From a virus (taxonomy: Duplodnaviria; Caudoviricetes), in IMG/VR virus record IMGVR_UViG_3300006735_006281, positions 1 through 55,476 of that record: a stretch of 55,476 bases of DNA. One strand, written 5' to 3'. Below are positions 1 through 10,300 of the stretch, piece by piece. How positions within the stretch are numbered: position 1 is the first letter of the stretch; every line of letters begins with the position of its first letter. The position numbers and the translations under genes are program-made. The notes under the pieces were generated by a model that saw only the letters and a program-made list of their open reading frames with translations, was not told the origin of the DNA and made no database searches.

Positions 1-1
1 A

Positions 2-706
2 ACAGAAAGAAAACTAAGAGCTACTTGGTCTCCTGAACTTGCACAAGACGTGTCTGCATTCCACAACATTGATGCTGAGGCTGAATTAACAGCTTTATTA
101 TCAGAACAAGTTGCGGCTGAGATCGATAGGGAAATCCTTAAAGACCTTAGAAATGGTGCGGCTTGGTCATTGAGATGGGACGCTAACGGATGGAGAAGAG
201 CTAACGCTGGTTCTGGTTACAATGCTTATACACAAAAAGATTGGAATCAAACGTTGATTACTTCTATCAACCAATTATCTGCTCAAATTCATAAATCAAC
301 ACTTAGAGGTGGTGCTAACTGGGTCGTTTGTTCGGCTGAAGCTTCTGCTATCTTTGATGATTTAGAGTACTTCCACGTTTCTAACGCGGCACCAGAGCAA
401 GATTCTTATAACATGGGTATTGAGAAGATTGGTTCTTTATCAGGTAGATATACTGTATATAGAGACCCTTACTTCCCAGCTGGAAAAGTGTTAGTAGGAC
501 ACAAAGGAAAATCATTACTAGATACTGGTTATGTTTACGCTCCTTATGTACCGTTACAACTTACACCAACTATGTATAACCCATTCAATTTTGCTCCTAT
601 CAAAGGAATCATGACCAGATACGCTAAGAAGATGGTTAACAACAGATTCTATGGTACGATCACGATTGATGGAATACAAACATTCCCAATTGGAGAATTG
701 AAGTAA
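2..706 (+). CDS. gp23: Major capsid protein, T4 gp23-like (5' truncated)
   Basis: Frame is open from base 2 (TERKLRATWSPELAQDV...). gp23 motifs: WSPELAQD, AEIDREIL, TLRGGANW, GYVYAPYVPL, PIKGIMTRYA. Confidence 0.95.
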   Translation, partial: TERKLRATWSPELAQDVSAFHNIDAEAELTALLSEQVAAEIDREILKDLRNGAAWSLRWDANGWRRANAGSGYNAYTQKDWNQTLITSINQLSAQIHKSTLRGGANWVVCSAEASAIFDDLEYFHVSNAAPEQDSYNMGIEKIGSLSGRYTVYRDPYFPAGKVLVGHKGKSLLDTGYVYAPYVPLQLTPTMYNPFNFAPIKGIMTRYAKKMVNNRFYGTITIDGIQTFPIGELK

Positions 707-729
707 GCTTATCGCTACTCTTTAATATT

Positions 730-760
730 AAAAACCCCTCTTTTCGAGGGGTTTTTTTTT
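730..760. terminator. Bidirectional intrinsic terminator between convergent capsid and cysteine synthase genes
   Basis: AAAAACCCCTC-TTTTC-GAGGGGTTTTTTTTT: perfect stem with A tract before and T tract after. Confidence 0.9.
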
Positions 761-1670
761 ATAAACAACTTAGGTATCTATCTCCTCTATCACAGAGAAT
801 TGTTACGGCATCGGTTTTATCATTATCTCGTAACCATTCGAAAGCGGCTTTAACATTAGAACCCGCACTTATACCAACAAATAAACCGTGTTTAAGTGCC
901 AGATGTCTAGCAATTTTTTTTGCACAATTAGTATGGACGGTTCTAACCTCATCAACTGAATCTAAATCCACCAAAAATTTACTCCCATCACCAATTCCTT
1001 GTATCCCGTGTAAACCTGGTTCACCACCAGACATAACTGGACTTTCTTCTGGTTCTACTGCAACTATTTTTATATCTTCCCATTTTTCTTTTAGAAATTT
1101 ACGAGTACCCATCAGTGTACCTCCTGTGCCAGTACCTGCCACAAAAACTGCCGGAGAATCATATCTTCTATAAGTCCCTTTTATTTTAGGTAAAGACCAT
1201 TCCTCATAGATTTCTGGTCCAGTAGTTTGGTAATGTGCCTCAATATTTAAGGGATTGTGGAATTGATTACAATTAAACCACCCTTTAGCCTTACACAAAT
1301 CATCCCTCATTTCTATAGCACCATCAAAGTCTCCTTCCTCTACTTGTATTAATTCAGCCCCATAGTACTTAAACATTTGTTTACGTTCTTCTGACATATT
1401 AGATGGCATGATAATTTTCATCTTATAACCTCTTTCGGCAGCAATCATAGAAAAAGCAATACCACTATTACCTGAAGTTGCTTCACAAAGAGTGTCGCCT
1501 TTTTTAATTAATTTTTTTTCTTCAGCATTGTTAATAATATAGGTTGCCATACGGTCTTTTACAGAACCTGAAGGATTCATAAATTCTGCCTTACCCCATA
1601 CGGTTAGATTACCTAAAGTAATAGGTATAAGAGGGGTGTTTCCGGTGTAGTGAGATAGTTTTCTTGTCAT
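759..1670 (-). CDS. cysK: Cysteine synthase (CysK/CysM family, PLP-dependent); auxiliary metabolic gene
   Basis: GNTPL, KAEFMNPSGSVKDR (PLP lysine), EATSGNSG, GTGTGGT, HGIQGIG, GISAG, CDRGDRYLS. Confidence 0.93.
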   Translation of the reverse strand: MTRKLSHYTGNTPLIPITLGNLTVWGKAEFMNPSGSVKDRMATYIINNAEEKKLIKKGDTLCEATSGNSGIAFSMIAAERGYKMKIIMPSNMSEERKQMFKYYGAELIQVEEGDFDGAIEMRDDLCKAKGWFNCNQFHNPLNIEAHYQTTGPEIYEEWSLPKIKGTYRRYDSPAVFVAGTGTGGTLMGTRKFLKEKWEDIKIVAVEPEESPVMSGGEPGLHGIQGIGDGSKFLVDLDSVDEVRTVHTNCAKKIARHLALKHGLFVGISAGSNVKAAFEWLRDNDKTDAVTILCDRGDRYLSCL

Positions 1671-1714
1671 AGGTTAATGATAAGAAAAAAAATGTATAAT
1701 GAAAATAAAATTAG

Positions 1715-3424
1715 TTATGTAATTATTCTCTTTTTCAGATTGTCAGGAAGTCCTTGATTTTTTACAATAAACCTTAATTTTTGGTCATAAGTCATGACCC
1801 TTTCATTGGAGGTTAATCGTAAATCAATATAATAGGTATTAGGTATCAACCAAGAAGTATCTATCACAAAATAGTTTCTTGTGGGAGTTCTATTTACGTC
1901 AGTATAGTCAATTACAGTATATTCACTTGTACCATCTTTTATATAAAGTCTATACTTAAGAGAGTCAATTACTTGTGTTTGATTTACTGTATATGGTACA
2001 CGAGCACTTACCATTACTTTACGATAATCTCCTCTTTTTATTGTTTCGTCATTTTTTATACCAGAAAGAGATAAACCATAAGAACGTGGTAAGTCTGTAT
2101 CAGTACCAATATTATAATACTGATTTTGTTCTCTAATTGTTATATAATTTGTTACATTATCAAGACTTTGAGTCACTCCATTTTTTGTTATTGTCATTCC
2201 TGACCAAACATCACTATATTGTACAAGTGGACAGGCACAGGTAGTAGGAACCGTTAAATCAATACAATATATTCCTTTAGTGACGTGTTGCACACTGGTA
2301 TATGGGGTATATTGTGAAGCATTTTGATGATCAGTATTAACCGAAAGAAATTGTTGATATACATCTCCATCAGAATCATAGACTACAGCCCCAGGAAGAT
2401 TATCCAAGTTGGTTGGTTCACTACCAACATTAACATATAAACATATTCTGTTTTGTTTTCCCATATAAAATTTTTCCCTATCATCTATTACTGTGTCGTA
2501 ATAAGTGGTCTCTATATATGGTTCAAAAAAAGTATTTGTATTTTCATTAAAAAAACCAACATATCTTTTTTCGTCTGTTTTAATAACTTCATAGAAAGGA
2601 TTAAAGGCAATTCCCATTCCATAATTTTTAACACCAGTTAAAAACTCTGCTGGGTCGGCACAACCTACTGTACCATAACATCCTTGTACAGAATCTGTAA
2701 CTAACCCTCCCGTGGGAGTTGTTGACCCATTTAATGCGGTTGTTGTACCAGTTAACATATCATTTATAACATCTGTTATGTCCATTTCAACATCCTCATT
2801 ACCCCTTGAAAAGTGTTGTGTAGCAACCATAGTAGTTGCCGTGGTGTTAGTCATTGCAGTATATGGGAATAATGCGTATCTTGAATATTCTGAAGATGTT
2901 AATGAACTACTACCGGTATACACACCACAAGTAGAAAGTGGAGTTTCATAAGTTCCTCCTGTCCATGGTAAGTTGGTTTTTCTAAAACACCAATTACTAA
3001 CCCCCTGACTACTAAATTTAGTTCCCGCATCCCAATCTTGTCCTAGTTTGAAAGCCAATAAATCGAATGAGTTTGCTCTAGACGCTGCATTAAATAAAGT
3101 ATCTTTTCCTAATAGGGCATCATTGTTAAAAATAGTGTTGGTCATTTTTAATGTGTGTACAGCTTTACTCTGTAACCCACTTGATGCACTAAACCCACTA
3201 AGGGTAATTCTTTTTTCATTTATTCTTGAAACTAACCCTGAAAGGTCAAAGTTAAAGATAAATCTACTATAATTAGTTCTTTCTACTGTAGTACCAGTAC
3301 CCGCACCATAAAATAACTCAACCACAGGGTTTAGTGCTCCGTTACTTAACGCTTCAGTGGATCCTGTTGAAAATCCCTTAACTAAAGTATTACTATCAGT
3401 AAAATATGTTTTATAAATTCCCAT
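1715..3424 (-). CDS. Putative virion structural protein, 569 aa, Thr/Gly/Ser-rich
   Basis: Long ORF with beta-rich composition, downstream of the gp5-like gene and preceded by a TATTTAT box; no family recognised. Confidence 0.6.
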   Translation of the reverse strand: MGIYKTYFTDSNTLVKGFSTGSTEALSNGALNPVVELFYGAGTGTTVERTNYSRFIFNFDLSGLVSRINEKRITLSGFSASSGLQSKAVHTLKMTNTIFNNDALLGKDTLFNAASRANSFDLLAFKLGQDWDAGTKFSSQGVSNWCFRKTNLPWTGGTYETPLSTCGVYTGSSSLTSSEYSRYALFPYTAMTNTTATTMVATQHFSRGNEDVEMDITDVINDMLTGTTTALNGSTTPTGGLVTDSVQGCYGTVGCADPAEFLTGVKNYGMGIAFNPFYEVIKTDEKRYVGFFNENTNTFFEPYIETTYYDTVIDDREKFYMGKQNRICLYVNVGSEPTNLDNLPGAVVYDSDGDVYQQFLSVNTDHQNASQYTPYTSVQHVTKGIYCIDLTVPTTCACPLVQYSDVWSGMTITKNGVTQSLDNVTNYITIREQNQYYNIGTDTDLPRSYGLSLSGIKNDETIKRGDYRKVMVSARVPYTVNQTQVIDSLKYRLYIKDGTSEYTVIDYTDVNRTPTRNYFVIDTSWLIPNTYYIDLRLTSNERVMTYDQKLRFIVKNQGLPDNLKKRIIT

Positions 3425-3446
3425 AATTTCCTTTTATAATAAATAC

Positions 3447-4460
3447 TTAATTAATTCTAATATTTTGATTTTTCAATTGTTCTAGATTAAACTTTAATAT
3501 CTCATCTATTTTACCCACACCAGTTATTGGTCCTTCTTCCGCTCCTTTATGTTCATGACCCTTAACATATTGTTTAATTAACTCTAAAAAATAAACTAAT
3601 TTATCTCCATATATTAGAGGTTCACTTTCCTGTGTTAAATACGTATCGATTGAGCCACTAGGTAGATCTTTTAATAATCCGTCATTAAAACCATTACTAG
3701 AAAGTTTATTATAACTAAGTCCTCGTCCCCCTTTACCTACGACATCCGGAGAACCTATTGAAGAATCGTAAGTAATTAAATGAATTTTATTTGAATAAAT
3801 ATTGGTTGCACTATTATTTTCATTAACCATTTTGATTTGAATACGCGGTGGGTTCTTTTTATTTAATTGTAGGTTTTTTTGATCCCTCCCAATATTCATG
3901 TTTGGTAAAAATGAACCCGCTCTTATGTTTATCTCTTGTTTTGTTAATATAATATCTGCGTTTTGTCTACCTTGTACACTAATATACTCTGGTTTTGGGT
4001 ATATTAAATGACCTTCTCTTCCATTACCTTTTTTATATGGATTATATGATTCAGGTTCATTACCAATACTTGATGATAAACCCATCGCTTCTCGTTTTTT
4101 CTGTTGATGTAAGTATTGTGGTTGACTAATTAAAGGTCCAATATAAGCCCTATTCAAACCAATGGTACTTTGATTTGACCCATTATCAGATGTCCACATA
4201 ATTATTCTCACTGCCTCCCCTATTTTAGGAACAACATTAAAAAATTTCGGTAGTAACGGGTAAGCCCACGGTAAATTATCAGGATTAACTTGTCCTCCAT
4301 CATCTCTATAATCCTTATCAAGATTCATAATTTCAACTTTAATTCTACCAGCACCGTCTGGGTCATTAGTACTTACAACCTCACCATAGTAATAGACATG
4401 AGCTCTTTCGAAATCTCCTTGAAATCCTCTTTTATTATATTTTCCGTAAGCTTCGTTCAT
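3447..4460 (-). CDS. Baseplate hub/spike protein with Gp5/VgrG-type N-terminal OB fold
   Basis: GEVVSTNDPDGAGRIKV...LPWAYPLLP...VPKIGEAV is typical of the gp5 OB domain; C-terminal HEH motif. Confidence 0.75.
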   Translation of the reverse strand: MNEAYGKYNKRGFQGDFERAHVYYYGEVVSTNDPDGAGRIKVEIMNLDKDYRDDGGQVNPDNLPWAYPLLPKFFNVVPKIGEAVRIIMWTSDNGSNQSTIGLNRAYIGPLISQPQYLHQQKKREAMGLSSSIGNEPESYNPYKKGNGREGHLIYPKPEYISVQGRQNADIILTKQEINIRAGSFLPNMNIGRDQKNLQLNKKNPPRIQIKMVNENNSATNIYSNKIHLITYDSSIGSPDVVGKGGRGLSYNKLSSNGFNDGLLKDLPSGSIDTYLTQESEPLIYGDKLVYFLELIKQYVKGHEHKGAEEGPITGVGKIDEILKFNLEQLKNQNIRIN

Positions 4461-4646
4461 TTATTTAGATAGTTGATTTCTTTTTCTTAATTCTTCTATA
4501 ATTAAATTATATTCAGATTCCACAGAGTCTAGATTTTTAAGTTTTTCCATTATTTCATTTTTAAGAGAAATATGTTTTTCTTTTAATGTATCCATTAACT
4601 CACTTAACACTTTATTACTTTTTTTATTTACTTCCATTTTTAACAT
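4461..4646 (-). CDS. Small coiled-coil hypothetical protein
   Basis: 61-aa ORF that exactly fills the gap in a tightly packed operon. Confidence 0.6.
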   Translation of the reverse strand: MLKMEVNKKSNKVLSELMDTLKEKHISLKNEIMEKLKNLDSVESEYNLIIEELRKRNQLSK

Positions 4647-5125
4647 AATGCTGAAGAACCAAATACTGGAATAGTTGTTGTACCATAACCTACAAGAGGT
4701 CCACCCCCGTTGGCTCCTGAAACTACAACAGATTGTCCTGGTAGAGTACCTGTTGTTACTCTTAAATTTCTTGTTATTTCTCCCATATACTCTTCGGCTC
4801 TAATAACTTCTAACATTTCTCTTTGGGATATTGACCCGTCAGGACGAGGACCCACATCAGCACCTGCTTCTTCAAAACGAGAAATTACATTTCCTGCTAA
4901 TCTCTTAGCACTAACTCCACCTCTTTGATTTCCCAGTAAAGTTACCGGAGGAGGTATAGGTGGAGTCGGTATTGAGTCTAAATTGGCTAATGCCAGTATT
5001 GCTTCTAATACACTTAAAGCTACTCCAAAGTTTATCCCACCTTCATCTTCTTCTGTTTGAAAAGCTCCAGTGTTAGTTCCTCTTATCCCCAATTCTGAGG
5101 GTTTATATGTCATTCCACATCCCAT
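4640..5125 (-). CDS. Hypothetical protein, probably baseplate-associated
   Basis: 161-aa Pro/Gly-rich ORF overlapping its neighbours in the operon. Confidence 0.6.
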   Translation of the reverse strand: MGCGMTYKPSELGIRGTNTGAFQTEEDEGGINFGVALSVLEAILALANLDSIPTPPIPPPVTLLGNQRGGVSAKRLAGNVISRFEEAGADVGPRPDGSISQREMLEVIRAEEYMGEITRNLRVTTGTLPGQSVVVSGANGGGPLVGYGTTTIPVFGSSALC

Positions 5126-6618
5126 TATAAAATTCTTTTTGTTCTTTGTGCTATTTTAGCCTTTCCTCTTAAAAGAGTGGCTTTTATCGAAGCAGTCCAA
5201 ATGTCTAACTTCTCTTTTAATATTTTAATCGCAATGTCCGCCATTAATCTTTGTACAAAATAACTTAAGTGTTGGAAAAAATCCTTTACTATTAGTTCAT
5301 ATAATATTTTAACGATTTCTCTAATAGAACCCCTTAACTCACCAAAAATTTCTAACCTTTCGGGTCCTATGTCTATTTTTTTAGGTTGACCAGCTCCTTG
5401 ATCTTCTAATTCACTATCATCAACTAACGCATAACCCACTAATAATAACATAACAAGTGTCTGAGGAGTAAGTGCTTGTTTTAAGAAAACATTTTTTAAG
5501 TGATCTAATATAACTTTAATTATATCATTTTTTATTGTTGCATCATCCGTGTCTACCGGTACTGAAGATACATTAGCAATTGATCCATTAATTGCTAAAT
5601 CAGTTAATTGGTTAATCATGTTACCAATTGCATTAACTCTTTGTTGTTGAGTTAGTGTAACGTCTGCGTAAAGTGAACTATATTGATTTACGAGTATCAT
5701 TGCTTCTTCTTGATCAACTTTAGTCACCAAAGTTCCACAATTTAGATTTAATACAACGGCACCTTCAAGAGCATTTTTTGCATTATATCTAAATAACTCC
5801 ATTTCATTTCTATTATATTTGAAAAAGGCTATTTCTTCATTTACAACTTCACCACAATCTGTATCCGCCATTCTATTAGCGGTAGCGTTAATTTGTTGAA
5901 GTTCAACAAGAGTCTCGTAACTCTTACCTGATTTTTTATCGAATATTCCTGTTAGTAAATTAACAATTTCATTTACGATTGCTTCAACAGGGAATAATTT
6001 GAGGTTATCAAAGTAATCATCAATAAAATTCTCTACAGTTTTATTTGTGTAATCTATACCAATTTCAAATATAAAACCACCACCAGTATAAGTGACTTTA
6101 GCTATTTCTTTACCAGCTATAGTCATACCTTTCGCTTGGTTTAATTCATCGACTGCCTCCATTATTTTTCTATTAAAATCGTCTACGTCTCCTAATACTT
6201 GATTTGCATATGGTGCGGCAATACCCCCCATTCCTTGGACTGTCTTAAGAAAATCAAAAATATCTAAATTGATTAAATTAATTTCTAGACCTCCTCCACC
6301 TAACCAAGCGGGAAATCCAGAATTTAATACACTTTCACCACATTTAGCCTTTAGACCATCCCTTAAACTATTACGAACTTGTTGGTCTATTTCATTTAAT
6401 TTTGTTCCCAGTAAATTTTTTAGTATATCCTCGAGAGATTTTCCTCCGGCAAGCATAGAAATAATATCCATTAGAAATGGAATCAGGTCTTTTTTTCTTG
6501 TTCCAAAACCATCGACCCCTAATTGTCCTGCTAAATCTAAAGCTTGTGACTGATTAATTACTTTAAGAGTACTTAATATTTTCTTTAAGGTGCCTTTTCT
6601 TTTACTTACGTCAGCCAT
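5125..6618 (-). CDS. Hypothetical alpha-helical protein, 497 aa
   Basis: Long ORF; stop overlaps the next start (TAATG). Confidence 0.7.
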   Translation of the reverse strand: MADVSKRKGTLKKILSTLKVINQSQALDLAGQLGVDGFGTRKKDLIPFLMDIISMLAGGKSLEDILKNLLGTKLNEIDQQVRNSLRDGLKAKCGESVLNSGFPAWLGGGGLEINLINLDIFDFLKTVQGMGGIAAPYANQVLGDVDDFNRKIMEAVDELNQAKGMTIAGKEIAKVTYTGGGFIFEIGIDYTNKTVENFIDDYFDNLKLFPVEAIVNEIVNLLTGIFDKKSGKSYETLVELQQINATANRMADTDCGEVVNEEIAFFKYNRNEMELFRYNAKNALEGAVVLNLNCGTLVTKVDQEEAMILVNQYSSLYADVTLTQQQRVNAIGNMINQLTDLAINGSIANVSSVPVDTDDATIKNDIIKVILDHLKNVFLKQALTPQTLVMLLLVGYALVDDSELEDQGAGQPKKIDIGPERLEIFGELRGSIREIVKILYELIVKDFFQHLSYFVQRLMADIAIKILKEKLDIWTASIKATLLRGKAKIAQRTKRIL

Positions 6619-6630
6619 ATTGAGTCTGGT

Positions 6631-7005
6631 TTATACATCATATTTGATGTTATCCCCGTCACCCACTTTTTCAGATTGTTTAATCATATCTTCGATAAGT
6701 TGTTTATCTTCATCGCTGATATTAATTGATGAGGTTTCACCTTCGTCACCAGATTTAACTAAAGTTATTTGAAGTTTAACTATATCTAATTTTTTGGATA
6801 TTGAGGAGTCTATTATTCTAAGTAATTCATTATTGATTTTACCTACTTGTTGTATGTCGGCATTATCATTTACGTCTCTTAGTTGTTTATTTAACATTGA
6901 TATAGCCTTTGTACGATTTTCGCAAGCCTCATTATAACTCTCTTGGAGAAGTTGTTCAATACTTTCCTTTTCTAATGCAACGTTTTTTCTTTTAGGTCTA
7001 GGCAT
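6631..7005 (-). CDS. Hypothetical coiled-coil protein
   Basis: 124-aa ORF preceded by TATTTATA (7020-7027, minus strand). Confidence 0.65.
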   Translation of the reverse strand: MPRPKRKNVALEKESIEQLLQESYNEACENRTKAISMLNKQLRDVNDNADIQQVGKINNELLRIIDSSISKKLDIVKLQITLVKSGDEGETSSINISDEDKQLIEDMIKQSEKVGDGDNIKYDV

Positions 7006-7018
7006 ATCATTTCTTTTA

Positions 7019-7741
7019 TTATAAATATTCTGAACTAAATTTATCTCGAATACCTTTGTATATCTTTTTATATCTTCTCATCCCGTTTCTAATTTCTTTA
7101 GTCGAAAGAGAGGTCATCTCTCTAATGTTATGTAAAACTAAATTTTTATTAAATTTATTATTACCATTTGTATCACTAAAAATTATCTCCCAGTTTTCAA
7201 ACATATAAACTAATGACTCCCCCACAGAAATCTCATTCTGCGTTAACTTAGGGTTTTTTAATTCTTCATTTATTTCACCAATAATATTTGACATTAATTT
7301 TTTAAGAATCGCCTCTTTTTCATAAACTTCCTTACCTTGGTGGACAACCATGTCATCTCTTTGTTCTAAATCTGTTGCATAATCTTCGTAAGATAACAGA
7401 CTCTTCTTTTTCTTTGTATCTTTTATTAATTGTCCTAATAGGTAATTTTTACATATTGTACCAAAATAAGAATAAGCTTTTTTACCTTTTTCTGGTTTGA
7501 ACTTATCGCATTTTGTAATTAAAAAGGAAAGAGTGTCGTTATGGGTATTTATAAAACTCATATCATCTCGATAGAGTTTATATTTTCTTATAATACTTTC
7601 GACCATTTTATTTAACGGATCCTTAAGATACTGATTATATACCCTATTTTTTTCGTCGTAAGTTGAGGCGGTTAAAAATTTAAGTACTGCAGATTCTTGC
7701 TCTTGACCAAAATACGGTTTTTTTCCTTTAATTCTTGGCAT
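7019..7741 (-). CDS. Late-transcription sigma factor, T4 gp55-like
   Basis: Sigma region 2-like KFKPEKGKKAYSYFGTICKNYL; 240 aa; typical of T4-superfamily phages. Confidence 0.7.
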   Translation of the reverse strand: MPRIKGKKPYFGQEQESAVLKFLTASTYDEKNRVYNQYLKDPLNKMVESIIRKYKLYRDDMSFINTHNDTLSFLITKCDKFKPEKGKKAYSYFGTICKNYLLGQLIKDTKKKKSLLSYEDYATDLEQRDDMVVHQGKEVYEKEAILKKLMSNIIGEINEELKNPKLTQNEISVGESLVYMFENWEIIFSDTNGNNKFNKNLVLHNIREMTSLSTKEIRNGMRRYKKIYKGIRDKFSSEYL

Positions 7742-7742
7742 C

Positions 7743-8531
7743 TTATATAAGTGTTACTTGTATTTCTCTATCCTCAGTAAAGAAATATTCTTTTTTGGCA
7801 GACTCCAACCAAAATTTTCCTTCCTCTCCTTCTATAAGGTAATCTGGATGGTTTTTATAATTATAAAACAAAGAACCCTCTCTCATATTAAGATGTTTAT
7901 ACCCTACTTTAGGGATTGTCATTATTTTAGCATCCATAAAGACAGAACGTAATAAAAATTCATAAACAAAAGTTAATTTCATATTCTTTTTTAATCCTCC
8001 GATGTCTTGAAAAAACTCACAATTCATAACCATTCCATCAATATTGAAGTTTGGGTATTGTAATAAAGCATCCAAATCTAGAAATCCAATCTCTTCGGTG
8101 AATCCCATTGCCCAAACAGGTTCATTACTCCAACCAATAAATTTATTAGAGGTGTCAACATTTGTTATAAGAGGGAGAAAAACATCTACATCTTCATTTT
8201 CTTTCATGTATACTTTTACCTGCTCAATCCAAATACTAGAAAGTTCATCATCTAATTCTAATATGCAAAAGTATTCGGTATTACATGAATCTACTGCAAA
8301 ATTAATTTGAGATGCGAAATCATGGTATTCCGAATCATTAACTAAAATTCTTTTATTTATATCACCAAAATCTAGTTTATTTAGTTCTTTTTCTAACTCT
8401 TTAGTACAAACTAAAAGTAATTCTTCAGGTTTAGTTTTTTGGTCTTTTACACTAGACAACGCAGTTTTTATTAAATTGATTTCATCGTTGTCAATAGTGT
8501 GGATTGGTATAATTACTGTAATATCTTTCAT
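7743..8531 (-). CDS. Glycosyltransferase family 2 (GT-A)
   Basis: ITVIIPIH, LSSVKDQ, QINFAV, FCILELDD (DxD-like). Confidence 0.85.
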   Translation of the reverse strand: MKDITVIIPIHTIDNDEINLIKTALSSVKDQKTKPEELLLVCTKELEKELNKLDFGDINKRILVNDSEYHDFASQINFAVDSCNTEYFCILELDDELSSIWIEQVKVYMKENEDVDVFLPLITNVDTSNKFIGWSNEPVWAMGFTEEIGFLDLDALLQYPNFNIDGMVMNCEFFQDIGGLKKNMKLTFVYEFLLRSVFMDAKIMTIPKVGYKHLNMREGSLFYNYKNHPDYLIEGEEGKFWLESAKKEYFFTEDREIQVTLI

Positions 8532-8544
8532 TTTATTATTTTAT

Positions 8545-9666
8545 TTATTTTTTTGCAGTTTCAGGGTATTTCTCCTCCATAGCTGTTATTTCTTTATTTA
8601 GTACTTGTACTAACTCATTAACTCTTTGTTCAAATAGTTCTTTGTAAAATGTGGCCACTTGTTCAGCCGCTACCTTTTCATTGTATATCTCCGCAGTTTT
8701 TTCCATCTCGTCGTATATGTCTTGAGGAATACTATTTTCCAACCAATTTTTCATAACACCCGCTGCTGTATCTACCATAGTTAATTTATTATTACTCCAC
8801 ACACCATTTTTTTCAGTTAACCATTCAGGTGTTAAATCTGGTACCAAACCTACTACAGGTACTTTACTTTTCATACATTCTATAGGGAATGTACCAAAGG
8901 AAGCAATAGGGTCGATCCATACCGCAACAGCACATTCATCTAAAGCTTGTGAAAATTCTGAACGACTCATACCCCTCATATCTCTAAAAGTAATCCATTT
9001 TAGGAAAGGGTGTTTTATATAAAAAGTTTTAATAAAATTAGACGTTTCTCTAGGGTCTCTTGATAGGATTGCTATAAAAGGTTTTTTAAGTTTAATTTTA
9101 GAATTAAAATAGTTAGGAATACTTGGTTGTATAACACTAGTTTCAATTGTAGGAAATAAATTCTTTATATAATTTTCTTGAGATTTTGAATTGGTAATAC
9201 ATTTTCTAACTCCGTGAGGTCCCCACGTTTCTCCTGGCTTCATTAATTCAAATATATAGTCATAGGATTGAGAGAATATAATTTTTTCACAATTAGCGCT
9301 ACTAAGTTGTGAAAGTATTCCCCCATAAACTTCGGGAATTATAATAAAGTCTTGTGGTCCGATAACTGCCCCACCATCTTTTTCTTCTGCTCCGGCAGTT
9401 TCGTGAGGTATCTCATCATATTCTTCACCCATCCAACTACCAGGTTTAGTGTAATCCGCCTTTTCTGTTAGTATAATTGCGTTATAACCTAATTCTCTAA
9501 GTATTTTAGCGTGTTCGTAAATTGTAGCAATTGCTGCCATAGCGGATCCTTTTGAGTCCATACAAAAGAAATATATTTTATTTCTTTTCCCTTCAAGGGT
9601 GCTTAGTGCGTCCTTTATAAGTTTTACATTTGTATTATTAAATGTGGTGTCTTTTCTTTCTTCCAT
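8545..9666 (-). CDS. Putative GT-B fold glycosyltransferase
   Basis: IYEHAKILRELGYNA, FIIIPE, SFGTFPIECMKSKVPVVG (variant of the GT4 E-x7-E motif). Confidence 0.7.
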   Translation of the reverse strand: MEERKDTTFNNTNVKLIKDALSTLEGKRNKIYFFCMDSKGSAMAAIATIYEHAKILRELGYNAIILTEKADYTKPGSWMGEEYDEIPHETAGAEEKDGGAVIGPQDFIIIPEVYGGILSQLSSANCEKIIFSQSYDYIFELMKPGETWGPHGVRKCITNSKSQENYIKNLFPTIETSVIQPSIPNYFNSKIKLKKPFIAILSRDPRETSNFIKTFYIKHPFLKWITFRDMRGMSRSEFSQALDECAVAVWIDPIASFGTFPIECMKSKVPVVGLVPDLTPEWLTEKNGVWSNNKLTMVDTAAGVMKNWLENSIPQDIYDEMEKTAEIYNEKVAAEQVATFYKELFEQRVNELVQVLNKEITAMEEKYPETAKK

Positions 9667-9669
9667 TTT

Positions 9670-10263
9670 TTAGTTTAATTCTTTATAGTCTACCTTTTTG
9701 GTATTTATTATTTGGTCAAGATAACCCTCTTCAAAAAATTCTTTAGAACTTTTAAGTTCATAATCGGATTCCATACCTTTGTTATAGTTCCGTTCTACTT
9801 TTACTAGTATTTTATCTTTAGGTTTGTTTTTATTAAAATGAGGAAAAGTTGTTAAAAGTAAATCACATTCTTCCCACATTTCGTCATAACTACGTACAAA
9901 TTTTATATTTTTACACATACAGCTACTTTTTGATAGAAAAAATAATGTAGATGGTATGGCTCTCCCACACTCCCTTGTTAATAAAATAACTTCATGAGTT
10001 TCTAAATTTTCGGTAATAAAGGAATTGAGTTTTGTAATAATGTGGTCCTCTATTTCATCGGCCCCACCATAAATCTCTAAAGAACAATCCTCGTATAAAA
10101 ATTTTTCTAAACTCTCATCATTCTCAAAAGTAAAATATTTTTCTAAATCATAATCAGTTATCTCCTTTATATCAATTTCAGATTTATAATATTTTTTATG
10201 TGTAGAAATAGCCTTGTTTAGTATATTTCTTAATATTCCATCTATATTTATTCCTATTCTCAT
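9670..10263 (-). CDS. HAD-fold 5'(3')-deoxyribonucleotidase-like protein with degenerate motif I
   Basis: MRIGINIDGIL (NxD instead of DxD), ILLTRE, RNYNK resemble the NT5C family. Confidence 0.65.
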   Translation of the reverse strand: MRIGINIDGILRNILNKAISTHKKYYKSEIDIKEITDYDLEKYFTFENDESLEKFLYEDCSLEIYGGADEIEDHIITKLNSFITENLETHEVILLTRECGRAIPSTLFFLSKSSCMCKNIKFVRSYDEMWEECDLLLTTFPHFNKNKPKDKILVKVERNYNKGMESDYELKSSKEFFEEGYLDQIINTKKVDYKELN

Positions 10264-10300
10264 AATATTGAAATTTAGGGTTAACTTACACTAAAGTAAA

